Assembly: GCF_009914755.1 (NCBI RefSeq)
Contig: NC_060929.1
From: the human T2T-CHM13v2.0 reference genome, Homo sapiens
Direction: 5' to 3' (one strand)
DNA length: 64,000 bases
Positions 14,751-32,930 of the stretch are shown in pieces (the first letter of the stretch is position 1; each line of letters opens with the position of its first letter). The position numbers and the translations under genes are program-made. Below the pieces are notes generated by a model that was not told the DNA's origin, searched no databases, and saw nothing but the letters and a program-made list of their open reading frames with translations.

Positions 14751-15480
14751 TGCGACTGTGATGTAAGAGGGAGTAATCAGGCAAAGGCTTTATGTTGCTT
14801 AGCTTAAATAAATTATAAGGAATTGCCTTTGTTGGACTGTGGTTCTTATTTATAATGACTTACTTACAAATATCTTATATGTATGATTGGCTGTTTTACC
14901 TCAGACTGGGGAGGGCTGTCCTGAAGCACAAGAAGTGTCCTCCCACATTCTGTTCTTTCTTCCTTGTTACTTACTCTCTGCCATGGTAGAAGTGGAGAAA
15001 GGGGAGAGAGAAATGAGACATGTTTCCAATGACACTGTCTTCTCATCTTCTCTACTGTGAGGAACACTTTTATGCACATAGAAATTATACTATGCGTACT
15101 AAACCAATTATTTGGTTTCCTGCCCTGCCCACAATAGCAATAATAATTTTTCCTAGTGTTCATTGTATAAAATTACAGCTATATTTTGAGTCAATTGAGG
15201 CTTTAAGGGTAGCTTGGGAACCTAAATAAAATTATTTCAAGATTAAAATGAGTTACAAATGAACTTTGGAAGGATAGCCCACCTGTAGGTTCTGGGCTGT
15301 TGGTCTCCCTTCTTGAGGAACCAAGTCTAAGGACCAGGAATGGGCTAGTTGGTCTTAGATGACTCTTGAGAGTCCCCAGTGATTCGGCATCTTCGGTTTA
15401 CAGTGAGACTTGTTTTCTAAGTTCTATGAAGTGGGCGGCAGTCTGACTGATACATAGGTAAATCTCTGTGGGATCTAAGA

Positions 15481-15730
15481 CAGCATTAGCCAATAGAATT
15501 TCCTGCAGTTATGTAAAATATGTACTATATGACTTCTTTACTGGTGAGAGAAATACTCAGTATTTTTACAGTACAATATGATCGCTACTAGCCCATGTAG
15601 ATATTAAGCACTTGAAATGTGGCTAGTATGACTGAGAAACTGAATATTTAATGTTATTCAGTTTTAATTAATGTAAATTTCAGTTTAAATAGTCATGTGT
15701 GACTAGTGGCTATTATATTGAAAAGCACAG
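15481..15730. mobile_element. MER3 (hAT-Charlie MITE)
   Basis: CCAATAGAATTTCCTGCAG...AGCACTTGAAATGTGGCTAGTATGACTGAGAAACTGAAT...TAGTGGCTATTATATTG matches the MER3 consensus as recalled. Confidence 0.8.
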
Positions 15731-15789
15731 TTTTAGAGGTTTGTATTGAATGGAGTAAACCACAGAATTAACTAACTTTCTTTTTATGT

Positions 15790-16165
15790 GATAAAAATGT
15801 CATAGAATGCATAGATTTTATCTGGATCCTGTTTGGAAGAAATCAACGATGAAAAGTTTAAAAGGCGTTTTTGAGGCAATCTTAGAAAATTGAAAATGAT
15901 TGGGTAGTAAGTGATTTTATGGAATGAGTGTTAATTTTGTTAGGTGTGATATCAATAGATTTATATTATTAAAGTACAACAGTGATGTTTTCAGATGAAG
16001 TTACATGATACCTAGGGTTTGCTTTAGGAAAAAAGTATTGGCTGGAGAGTAGATGAGATAGAATTGGCCAATGTTCACAGTTTTTGAGTTGGCTGATGGA
16101 CACATGGGATTCGTTTTACTGCTTTTATACTTTTGTATGTGATTGAAAGTTTTTATAATAAACAG
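15790..16165 (+). mobile_element. Old L1M 3'UTR fragment
   Basis: TATCTGGATCCTG...GGGATTCGTTTTACTGCTTTTATACTTTTGTATGTGATTGAAAGTTTTTATAATAAA. Confidence 0.6.
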
Positions 16166-17351
16166 TATTGAGTTGAGAGAGCTCCTTGCAGGTCATACAG
16201 TCTCGCCTTTTGACCAGATTCATTTACTCAGCCATTAAATGGCAGAGGTAGGATTCAAATCTGTCATTTGGCTTTAAGTTTAATCAATTTTTTTGTAACA
16301 TCATACTGTCTCATACTTTAAACACATAGTTCTACACCCCATCTGCTTCATGACCTTTGGCAAGTTATTTTGCACATTTCCTTCTTGTATGGTAAGGCCA
16401 AATTTGTTAGCAGAGCTGGCCACATAGATCAGCAGAGGCAAAGGGTAGGGTCTTTTATGGCAAGTTGGATCAGGCTGGGATTTCACTGGATTCAGATTCA
16501 AGGGCTGAATACAAGTAGTAGCTTGGGAAAGAAACCAGAGGAGAGGTAGCAGTAACAGATTCAAGAGAAGAAGAAGCAAGGGCAAGCTCCTAAGAGAAGT
16601 GGAATTGATACAAGGTGGGAATAGGTAAAAGGCTGAGAACACAGTTTGCGTAGAAAGTTAAGTGTGTTGACTGCTAATTCTTACTGGGAGATGGCTATAC
16701 ATTTCAAGGGCAATTTAGCTGACTTGGCATATAGTAGACTGACATTTCTCATTTTGAAATTCATGTTCCACTATGCTTGTCTCTAATCTAAAATAATTGT
16801 AATAATATAGAATTTTTGTCCAGAAGGGGCTGTTGAGGTCATATAATTCAACCAAATTATTTGTGTTATCAAATTCATATTGCATTTCCATATAGTAGTT
16901 GGCATTGAATTAGGTCCCATAAGGATTATAGAATTTCAGTTATATATGCTGTCAAGAAGATTTTGAGAGAATGAGCAGATAATAATTATGATTATTCAAG
17001 TAATATAACTATTTCATTAAATTGATTATTGGTTAAAGTAGAGAAGAATGATTTTATTTATTAATAAAGATGTATGAAACACAATTTTGAATTATATTTA
17101 CACTTAAGTTTCTAGTCTCAGGGCTATTGTTGAGCAAGAATTTCTCCAATCAGTAAATGCACCATCGCATATTATACATTTTATATGTATATTGCAAATG
17201 TCTATGTTGTATATTTTATTTCAGGAGTGAGGGAGGGGAAATTTCAGCTATTAAGCTATCAATGCCTAGAAATAAACTGCTGAGTAGAAGGTCTATTATA
17301 TTATTGCCTCACTAGGACCTAATTATTTAAAAGCAAAACAAAACAAACATC

Positions 17352-17483
17352 ATCTGGCTACGCCTCCCGAATCCTATTTCAATCAGGATTCCAATGTCTT
17401 CAAGCCAATTTTATTTTTCTGAGACCAGGTATTAGAAGGGAAGATCTGAGAGAATGAAGGTGTGATATGGCTGGATACCAGGG
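17352..17483 (+). repeat. Dispersed ~130-bp duplication, copy 1
   Basis: Matches 18317-18447 at offset 965 bp. Confidence 0.93.
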
Positions 17484-18316
17484 TAAAACATCATATGGGT
17501 ATTCTGATGTTTTTCTGCTTGTATTTATTTGCATTTTCTTGGGCTATTGGAATTTTTTTACTCTACTTCTGAGTTTTTAAGTCAAAACCTAGAAAAAGTA
17601 TTTAAGTTTCTCATCCTGTACCCAAACTATTCTGTAGTCAAAAGCAACAGGCTCCCAAAGTCAATTTCTAAGTTTAATAGCATATTTTTATTTATTAGGT
17701 GCCATTTAGTTAGGACCACCGTGCTCATTTGCTCATTTGTTAATTAATTTAACAACTTACTATATGTTCTTATTGAGGATAAAAGGATGCATAAGACATA
17801 GCCCCTACCCTTATGCTGCTTTTATTTTAGTTGAGTAAACAGACATGGAAGTAATTATGATTGAGCATGCCAGTTGTTATAATGGAAGCATATGCAAAAG
17901 ACAATGGAAACATTATGGAGCAAAGAATTAGGAAATGGAATGAGGTTTGAGTATGGACAGTTTTCACTGAGAAGAACCTTGAAAGAATAAATTTGAGCTG
18001 ATTAGATTTCCTAGTATATTAATATTAGCAACTGTGAGAACCAGATTTTTAAAAATTTATGCAAGTCATCTGTCAATCAACTTTGAAGTTATTTGTGATT
18101 CCATTTCCTTGTTGTCTGCTTCAGATATTTTTTTGTTCTCCAACCTTTGATCTTTGTCTTGTCTGGTTTTGTCTTTGAATCCTGGTTGGTACTGATCCAT
18201 TTTAGATGATTGACCTTACTTGAGCTATCTCCTGGCACTCTCAAAGTACACTATTCTTGTAACTACCCCGTCCTTGACCTATTTCAGCTTAAAGCAAGAG
18301 GAGTTTCATTCATATG

Positions 18317-18447
18317 ATCTGGCCAGGACTCCAGAATCCTATTTCAATCAGGATTCCAGTGTCTTCAAGCCAATTTTATTTTTCTGAGACCAGGTATTAG
18401 AAAGGAAGATCTCCGAGAATGAAGGTGTGATATGCTAGAGACCAGGG
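18317..18447 (+). repeat. Dispersed ~130-bp duplication, copy 2
   Basis: GAATCCTATTTCAATCAGGATTCCA.TGTCTTCAAGCCAATTTTATTTTTCTGAGACCAGGTATTAGAA shared with copy 1. Confidence 0.93.
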
Positions 18448-18863
18448 CACAGGGGATTGAGAGAGAATATACTGAATATGAAAAGTCAAGTGATGGCTGG
18501 ACTGTGATAACCATGAAAATATGGATTTGGGGCTTTATTCTTCAGGCCAAATGGGGCCTTTAAATGTTTTTTAGGAGGATTGTGGCACTATCACAACTGT
18601 ACTATAGAAAGATAACAGAGTCATGATTGGGCCATAAGAGGAGATGTTGCTGTCAGAGAGACCAGTTGAAGAAACGAGATGCTGAAGCCTTGTATTGAGC
18701 AAGACAATAATGATGGAGAACAATAAATAAATCAGAAAAATTTCATAAATGGAACCAGTAAGAATAGGGAGCTAATTGGAAATTGATGGTAAAGGAAAGA
18801 AAAATATTGATGTTATTTTTGACTTTTCTGGTTTGGGTGATTGGACAGGTTATATTTCCTTTG

Positions 18864-18910
18864 TAATTACATGTGTAATTAATAGAAAAAATTAATTACA
18901 CGTGTAATTA
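18864..18910. repeat. Nested palindrome/inverted repeat (20-bp arms, 7-nt loop)
   Basis: TAATTACATGTGTAATTAAT-AGAAAAA-ATTAATTACACGTGTAATTA; one mismatch between arms. Confidence 0.9.
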
Positions 18911-18964
18911 TTTAATGGCTGTCTTCTTCACTAAGCTGAACCCCACAAGAGCAGAGTGTCTTTC

Positions 18965-18966
<2 letters not shown>

Positions 18967-18997
<31 letters not shown>

Positions 18998-19051
18998 CAC
19001 ACAAATATACATATAATATATACATATATATACGAATATACATATAATATA

Positions 19052-19106
<55 letters not shown>

Positions 19107-19110
19107 ATAT
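18967..19110. repeat. Compound (TG)n(TA)n microsatellite
   Basis: Direct reading. Confidence 0.95.
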
Positions 19111-20142
19111 TCCCTAGCACCTGACCCAGTGTCTGGCTATATTAATGTTCTCAACTAATAGTTGTTGATCAACCAACTAGTTTCATTTGTTTACTAAATT
19201 TTGTATTAATGACCAGGCACTGTTCTAGATGAACTTTAATACCCTTAGCTAAGACATGAAATGCATGAGGATGAGCAGGTCCAGTGAAAAGATAATGGAT
19301 TATATTTTGGACATATTGAATTGAGATGCCATGGGACATCCACTTGGAGATATGAATCTATCTAAACTTCAAAACAGTGATCTTGTTTGGAGATTCAGAT
19401 TTAGGATATAAGTGGATGCTGAAGCCATGGAGATGTTTGGAATTAATAGAATGAGTAAAGTGAGGCATGATAATGGCTGAAGACTGAACTCTGGGGAGTA
19501 CAAGTACTTAGGAGGTAGACAGAGAAAGAGGAGCTAACAAAGCAACTGAGAAGGATGCCCAGGGTTTTAGGAGAAAAATCTGGGGATAATATTGTCATCA
19601 AAGAGAAAAGAGGAGAGAGTTCAAGGAGGGCAATGTCTTGGGATAGATTATTTTGGAAATTTGAATTCCTGAAAGAGTTTTAGGAAGACCAGAGATTTCT
19701 GGAATATTCTATCCTTTGTTTTGCCTCAGAATTTATGTTTGAACTATGTTAATTGATAGTCAAATTACTTTAACCTATGGAGATTTTCTACTACTTCAAG
19801 CCTATGAAATCCAAATAAAATTCCCTTTATTAATATGTTTCCATTTATAAAGCCTTAAGATTGTTTATTGCCTGACTATGAGAAGACAAAATTTGGAAAT
19901 AAGTTTCTACTTTTAAATGCAGTGTATAATCTGTTTTTTCTACAGATTTTTGTGGTCCATTGCCCCTTTAACTTGAAAAAATTTTGCTTTTCAATCTTGA
20001 TAACACTTTTAAAGCAATTAAAAGACAAATCAATTTCTAGCCATTATAAATGGTTGTTAATGCATAAGGGTATTATTATAACATTTGTGAACATACTGGT
20101 GTGTGTGGTAGGATGAGAAAGCTGTAATTGTTTGATTTGTAA

Positions 20143-20453
<311 letters not shown>

Positions 20454-20675
20454 TGAATTACCACACATTTTTAAAAAACAACAATAAATACCACAATCTT
20501 GTTTTTACTCTTCTGGTTTTATTTGGAAAAGCAAATTATTTTAGCAACAGACTAGGTTCCTTTACATTCAAACAGCAAGAAAGAACTAAAAAAGAGACAA
20601 AACAACAACAACAAACCCTTTTCTTTGGAAATAAAAACACTTGAAGAATTATTTGGCTGTAGGAGTCCACCATTT

Positions 20676-20678
<3 letters not shown>

Positions 20679-20708
<30 letters not shown>
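20679..20708. repeat. (TG)n microsatellite
   Basis: ~15 TG units. Confidence 0.95.
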
Positions 20709-20711
<3 letters not shown>

Positions 20712-22000
20712 CACGCACATACCCGTGAAGATCTGTTTTGTAGCTCTGAATTTACAAATTGGAAGGGTTGCTACTCCTTTATGACTGATGGACTTCCTTG
20801 TAAATATACTCTGTCAATGTGTACTTTACTCCCACTGCATGATCAGTAAATTTGGGTTGAAAGATTGTTATTGACAGTATTTCTAATATAACCTAATGTT
20901 TAAAAAATGCTTGACTTGTTGCAATTATATGCAAAATCTTGAGTCTTCTGATTCCGTTAGTTGTTTTGTGTAGTAGAAACTTCCCTGGCCCATTGATAGT
21001 CAGGTTGGAGCCACTGATGTGTTTGGCCAGGTTCCAGGAAAGTCTTCAACAATGCCATAGTCTGCTCAGGTACTATTAGCCTAGCAGGCAGTTTCAGAGC
21101 CTGCTATACATGAAAAAAGTCACAAATAGATGGATTTGAACATGTATTTAGGACTAGTCAGGCAGGGAAAAACTGTAGAAAGAATTGTTCAGATTTTTGA
21201 TTTAGGCAAATCTTACCTGAAGTAGGATGGAAGTGACTTGATTAAGTGGAATTGAGCTAATAGCTTTTTCCCTGATTTCTTGATAGAGACTGATTTTGAT
21301 GATAGTTAAGAGGAGATAAAAGAGAATCCCTCCTTTTACTTTTTTCTGTTTTTTTTTTAAGCCCCAGCCACTTTCCCTAACAAATCTTACTGTCTATATT
21401 TATATTATATTCTTCTCAAGGCAACATTCAGTCTCCTTTGGCTGAGCAGAAGACTAAAGACTTGACCTCAAAGGAACTGTTATTGCTTAGCCAAGATTTA
21501 GGAGAGGAGACATTAAAGTAATTTAGAGGTCAAGTGGCCTTAACCAGGGTAGGGAGTAGGGATGTTTACCCGTTTAGATTTAAAAGGTTCTAATATTTTT
21601 GACAGGAAGATACACATTTATTACGTTGCATTTATTTGAAAATCCTTTGAACTTTGCTTATAAATATTATCCTCAAAATATTTGTTAAATGAGTGAAATG
21701 ATAAAACTATATTCAGTAATATGGGATTCAGTAACCCTACCATGGACCCAGGAATAAGGGTTAGAAGAACCTACGGTCTTTTTTCTTTAAGCAGTCATGA
21801 TACTGGTTCTTTTATAGTTAATTCTTCAGTTTTGTGTAAAAGGAATTGTAACATGGGGAATTATGGGAACTCCTGAGGTGGTCATAGATAGCTTCAGTCC
21901 TGTGTTTTGCCCATAGGAGCCGCTAAGAAGGTGACAGAGGACATAAATGCCCTCTTCACACGTTTTCTATTTTGTCTTTTCACAGTTAGACATAACTGGA

Positions 22001-24228
22001 TATCCTGAAACTTTACTGAAGTTGTTTGTCAGCTGAAGGAGGTTTTGGATCAAGACTATGGAATGTTCTAGATACAGAATCACATTGCCTACAAGCAGGG
22101 ATGATTTGACTCCCTCTCTTCCTATTAAGATGCCCTTTATTTCTTTCTCTTGCCTGATTGCTCTGGCTATGACTTCCAATACTGTGTTGAATAGGAGTGG
22201 TGAGAGAGGGCATCCTTGTCTTGTGCTGGTTTTCAAGAGGAATGATTCCAGCTTTTGCCCATTCAGTATAATGTTGTCTGTGAGTTTGTCAGAGATGGCC
22301 CTTATTAATTTGAGGCTCTTATTCCTTTGATGCCTAGTTTATTGATAGTTTTAAACATGAAGGGATGTTGAATTTTAGCAAAAGCCTTTTCTGCATCTAT
22401 TGAGATAATGATGTGGTTTTTGTCTTAGTTCTGTTTATGTGATGAATGACATTTATTGATTTGCTTATGTTGAACCAACCTTGCATCCCGGGGATAAAGC
22501 CTACTTGATTGTGGTGGATTAACTTTTTGATGTGCTGTTGGATTCAGTTTGCAAGTATTTTGTTGAGGATTTTTGCATCGAAGTTAATCAAGTATTTTGT
22601 TGAGGATTTTGCATCAATATTGGCCTGAAGTTTTTTTTTTTTTTTTTTTATGTCTTTGCCAGGTTTTGGTACCAGGATGATGCTGGCCTTGTAGAATGAG
22701 TTGGGAGAGGAGTCCCACCTCAATTTTTTAAGAGTAGTTTCAGTAGGAATGGTACCACATCTTCTTTGTACACCTGGTAGAATTTGGCTGTGTGAATTCA
22801 TCTGATCCTAGCCTATTTTGGTTGATAGGATATTCATTACTGATTCAATTTTGGAGCTGTTATTGGTCTGTTCAGGGAATGAATTTCTTCCTGCGTCAGT
22901 GTTGGGAGGGTATATGATCTTTGACAAAGCTGACAAAAACAAGCAATGGGGAAAAGACTCCCTATTCAAAAAATGATGCTAGGATAATTGGCTAGCCATA
23001 TGCAGAAGATTGAAGCTGTGCTCTTTTTTACATCGTATACAAAAATCGACTCACGGTGGATTAGAGACTTAAATGTGAAACCCAAAGCTATAAAACACTG
23101 GAAGACAACATAGGAAATACCATCCTGGACATAGGAATGGGCAAAGATTTCATGACACAGACACCAAAAGCAATTGCAACAAAAGCAAGACAAGTCGAAT
23201 CTAATTAAACTTAAGAGCTTCTGCACAGCAACAGAAACTATCAACAGAGTAAACAGACAACCTACAGAATGGGAAAATTTATGCAAACTGCAAACTATAC
23301 ATCTGACAATGGTCTAATATCCAGCATCTATAAGGACCTTAAACAAATTTACAATAGAAAAACAATCCCGTTAAAAAGTGGGCAAAGGACATGAACAGAC
23401 ACTTTTCAAAAGAAGACATACATGTGGCCAACATGCATATGAAAAAATGCTCAATGTCTCTGATCATTAGAGAAATGCAAATCAAAACCACAATGTGATA
23501 CCATCTTACACCATACAGACGGCTGTTATTAAAAAGTCAAAAAATAACAGATGCTGGCAAGGTTGCAGAGAAAAGGGAACACTTATACACTGTTGGTGGG
23601 AGTGTAAATTAGTTCAACCATTGTGAAAAGTAATGTGGTAACTCCTTAAATAGCTAAAAACAGAACTACATTCAATCCAGTAATCCCATCACTGGGTGTA
23701 TATCCAGAGGAATATAAATCATTCTACTATAAAGAAACATGCATGCAGATGTTCACTGCAGCACTATTCACAATAGCAAAGACTAACCTAATCAACCTAA
23801 ATGTCCATCAATGACAGATAGGATAAAGAAGATGTAGTACATATACACCATAGAATACTATGCAGCTATAAAAAAGAATGCGGTCATGTATTCTGTGGGA
23901 ACACAGACGTAGCTGGATGGAGGCTATTATCCTTAGCAAACTAATGCAGGAACAGAAAACCAAATACCGTTATGTTCTTACTTATTAAGTGGGAGCTATA
24001 TGACAAGAACTCATGAACACAAAGAAGGGAGCAACAGACACTGGGTTCTACTTGAGGGTGGAGGGTGAAAAGAGGAAGAGGAGCAGGAAAAATAACTATT
24101 AGGTACTAGGCTTAATACATGAGTGATGAAATAATCTGTTCAACAAACCCGCATGATATGAGTTTATCTATATAACAAAACTTCACATGTATCCCTAAAC
24201 CTAAAATAAAAGTAAAAAAAAAAAAAAG
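22001..24228 (+). mobile_element. L1PA13-16-like element with 5' inversion (twin priming)
   Basis: Antisense ORF2 RT region 22001-~22916 joined to sense ORF2 3' part, 3'UTR and poly(A) from ~22915 to 24228; degraded TSD CATAACTGGAT (21991-22001) / CATAATTAGAT (24229-24239). Confidence 0.88.
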
Positions 24229-24338
24229 CATAATTAGATGGGTCCTTTACAAAGCTGTGAAGTTGACTAAGGCTTTTTGAAAGCTAGATATTTTGCTATA
24301 TAAAGACCACCTTTAACATTTAGAAGTTGGAAATGGAG

Positions 24339-24643
24339 ACCAGGCATGGTGGCTTACGCCTGTAATCCCAGCACTTTCGGAGACCCAGGTGAGAGGATTG
24401 CTTGAGCCAGGAGTTCTAGACCAGCTTGGCAACACAGGGAGACACTGTCTGTACAAAAAAAAAAAAAAAAAAAAAAAATTAGCCATGCATGGTGGTGTAA
24501 GCCTGTTGTCTCAGCTAGTCAGGAGGCTGAGGTGAGAGGATCACTTGGGCCTAGGAGGTCGAGGCTGTGATTAGCTGTGATTGCACCACTGCACTCCAGC
24601 CTGGGTGACAGAGCAAGACCCTGTTTCAAAACATAAAAACTAA
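24339..24643 (+). mobile_element. AluJ with expanded middle A-tract
   Basis: GAGGATTGCTTGAGCC (J diagnostic); TSD AGAAGTTGGAAATGGAG 24322-24338 / AGTAGTTGGAGATGGAG 24644-24660. Confidence 0.93.
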
Positions 24644-24768
24644 AGTAGTTGGAGATGGAGCCTGAAAAATCTATTCCAATCCTAAACCACTAGTTAAACA
24701 AAAGGAAATGGTGGAGTTAAAAATGGGCTATCTACTTTTTGTTTTTTTCCACTTATATTCCATGGATT

Positions 24769-24995
24769 TTTTTTTTTTTTTTTGAGATGGAGTCTCGCTC
24801 TGTCACCCAAGCTGGAGTGCAGTGGTGCGATCTTGGCTGACACTTGCCACCACGCCCGGCTAATTTTTTGTATTTTTAGTAGAGATGGGGCTTCACCACG
24901 TTAGCCAGGATGGTCTCGATCTCCTGACCTTGTGATCTGCCCGCCTTGGCCTCCCAAAGTGCTGGGATTACAGACGTGAGCCACTGCCCTTGGCT
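24769..24995 (-). mobile_element. AluSc/Y-like with internal deletion, inserted into the poly(A) of L1 #1
   Basis: GTTAGCCAGGATGGTCTCGATCTCCTGACC diagnostic; right-monomer segment missing at ~24840; poly-T on both sides. Confidence 0.9.
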
Positions 24996-31494
<6,499 letters not shown>

Positions 31495-31589
31495 AAAATA
31501 TCTTTATCTTTAATGAAGGGAATGTTTCTGGGACAAGTCTTTCTATAAACATAGGAAAAGTTGTAAAAGTAGAAAACATTCACAGTCAA

Positions 31590-31915
31590 TCATCATGTCC
31601 TTTGCAGCAACATGAATGGAGCTGGAGGCCATAATCCTAAGCAAATTAATGCAGGAACAGAAAACCAAATGCTACATTTTCTCACTTATAATTTGGAGCT
31701 AAGCATCGAACACACATGAACAGAAACATGGGCACAATAGACACTATGGACTAGTAGGGGGTGGAAGGAGTGGGGTAGGTTAAAAAACTACCTATCAGGA
31801 ACTACTGCCTGGGTCACGGGATCCATACTCCAAATCCCAGCATCAGACAATATTCCCATGTAACAAATCTGCACCTGTACCCTCATATCTAAAATAAAAG
31901 TTGAAAATTTTTGAA
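31590..31915 (+). mobile_element. Short L1PB/L1PA16-like 3' end
   Basis: CATGTCCTTTGCAGCAACATG...GCAGGAACAGAAAACCAAAT...CTAAAATAAAAGTTGAAA. Confidence 0.8.
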
Positions 31916-32019
31916 AGAAATGGCCACAGCAAAACATTATTAATTGGTATTAATATGGGAGTAGTCTGAATTTAAGGACAAATCTTCATTCTGGCATGTT
32001 ATGTAGGAAATTCAGATTT

Positions 32020-32930
32020 ATACTAGAAAGAACACTGAACTTGGAGTTTAAAGATAGGGGTTCATTTTCCAGTTCTGCCACATGGCAGAGGTTGAAGTGT
32101 GACTGTTATTTGTGTGACATTAAATAAGTCCTTTATCTTCTTCAAGTTTCTCTTTTCACATGTGTAACATGGGGAGAGTTATTCCTGGTCAGTCTATATT
32201 ACAGAGTTTCTTCAAGAATAAGACAAAATGAGATAATAGAGGGAAAGTACTTTGGAATATTATACAAGATTTTTGAAAAGAATCCAACTTATGGAGGAGA
32301 GAAAAATATATGTAGTTTTATTCTACTTTTTTTTTTTTTGATCACTTTCTAGCCCTGTGATCTAGGGTGAGATTGTCTGCCCTGTGCCTCTGTTTTCTCA
32401 TCAGTAATATCTGGGAAGAATAATATAATTAGTTTTGTTAGTCTGTTTGTGCATTGCTATAAAGAAATGCATGAGGCTGGGTAATTTATAAGCAAAGAGG
32501 TTTAATTGGCTCATGGTTCTGCAGGCTGTACAAGAAGCATCCTGGCATCTGCTTCTGGGATAGGGGAGGGTGTCAGGAGGCTTCCAATCATGGCAGAAGG
32601 CAAAGAGGGAACAGGCATGTCACATGGCAAAGCAGGAATAAGAGAGAGAGAGAAAGTGAGGGGGAAATGCCACACATTTAACAAGATCTTGTGGGAATTC
32701 ACACACTATTGTGAGGAGAGCACCAAGCCATGAGGGATCTGTGCCCATGATCCAAATACCTACTACCAGGACCCACCTCCAACATTAGGGATTATATTTC
32801 AATGTGAGATATGGGCCAAACCAAATCATTAGTCTTATTTATTAAATTAATAATGATTGAATTAATGTAAGAGTGTGTACTATAGTTCCTGGCAGTTGGC
32901 ACTCATTGAAAGTTAACTGCCATTATTATT
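32020..32930 (+). mobile_element. MIR fragments (one split by the MST LTR)
   Basis: MIR core-like CTGTGCCTCTGTTTTCTCATCAGTAA and MIR tail CCTGGCAGTTGGCACTCATTGAAAGTTAACTGCCATTATTATT. Confidence 0.6.
32434..32828 (-). mobile_element. MST (MSTA/B-like) MaLR solo LTR
   Basis: GGGTAATTTATAAGCAAAGAGGTTTAATTGGCTCATGGTTCTGCAGGCTG...CCAAACCAAATCA; 5-bp TSD TTAGT at 32429-32433 and 32829-32833. Confidence 0.9.

Larger units (their letters stand above)
17720..19640. mobile_element. Multiple L2 fragments (both orientations)
   Basis: L2-like text (ATAAGACATAGCCCCTACCCTTATG; TTTTGGACATATTGAATTGAGATGCC; CCTAGCACCTGACCCAGTGTCTGGC). Confidence 0.6.

Noticed and set aside
22552-22617. ~30-37 bp tandem duplication within the inverted L1 arm
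   Set aside because: Ordinary local slippage in a dead repeat
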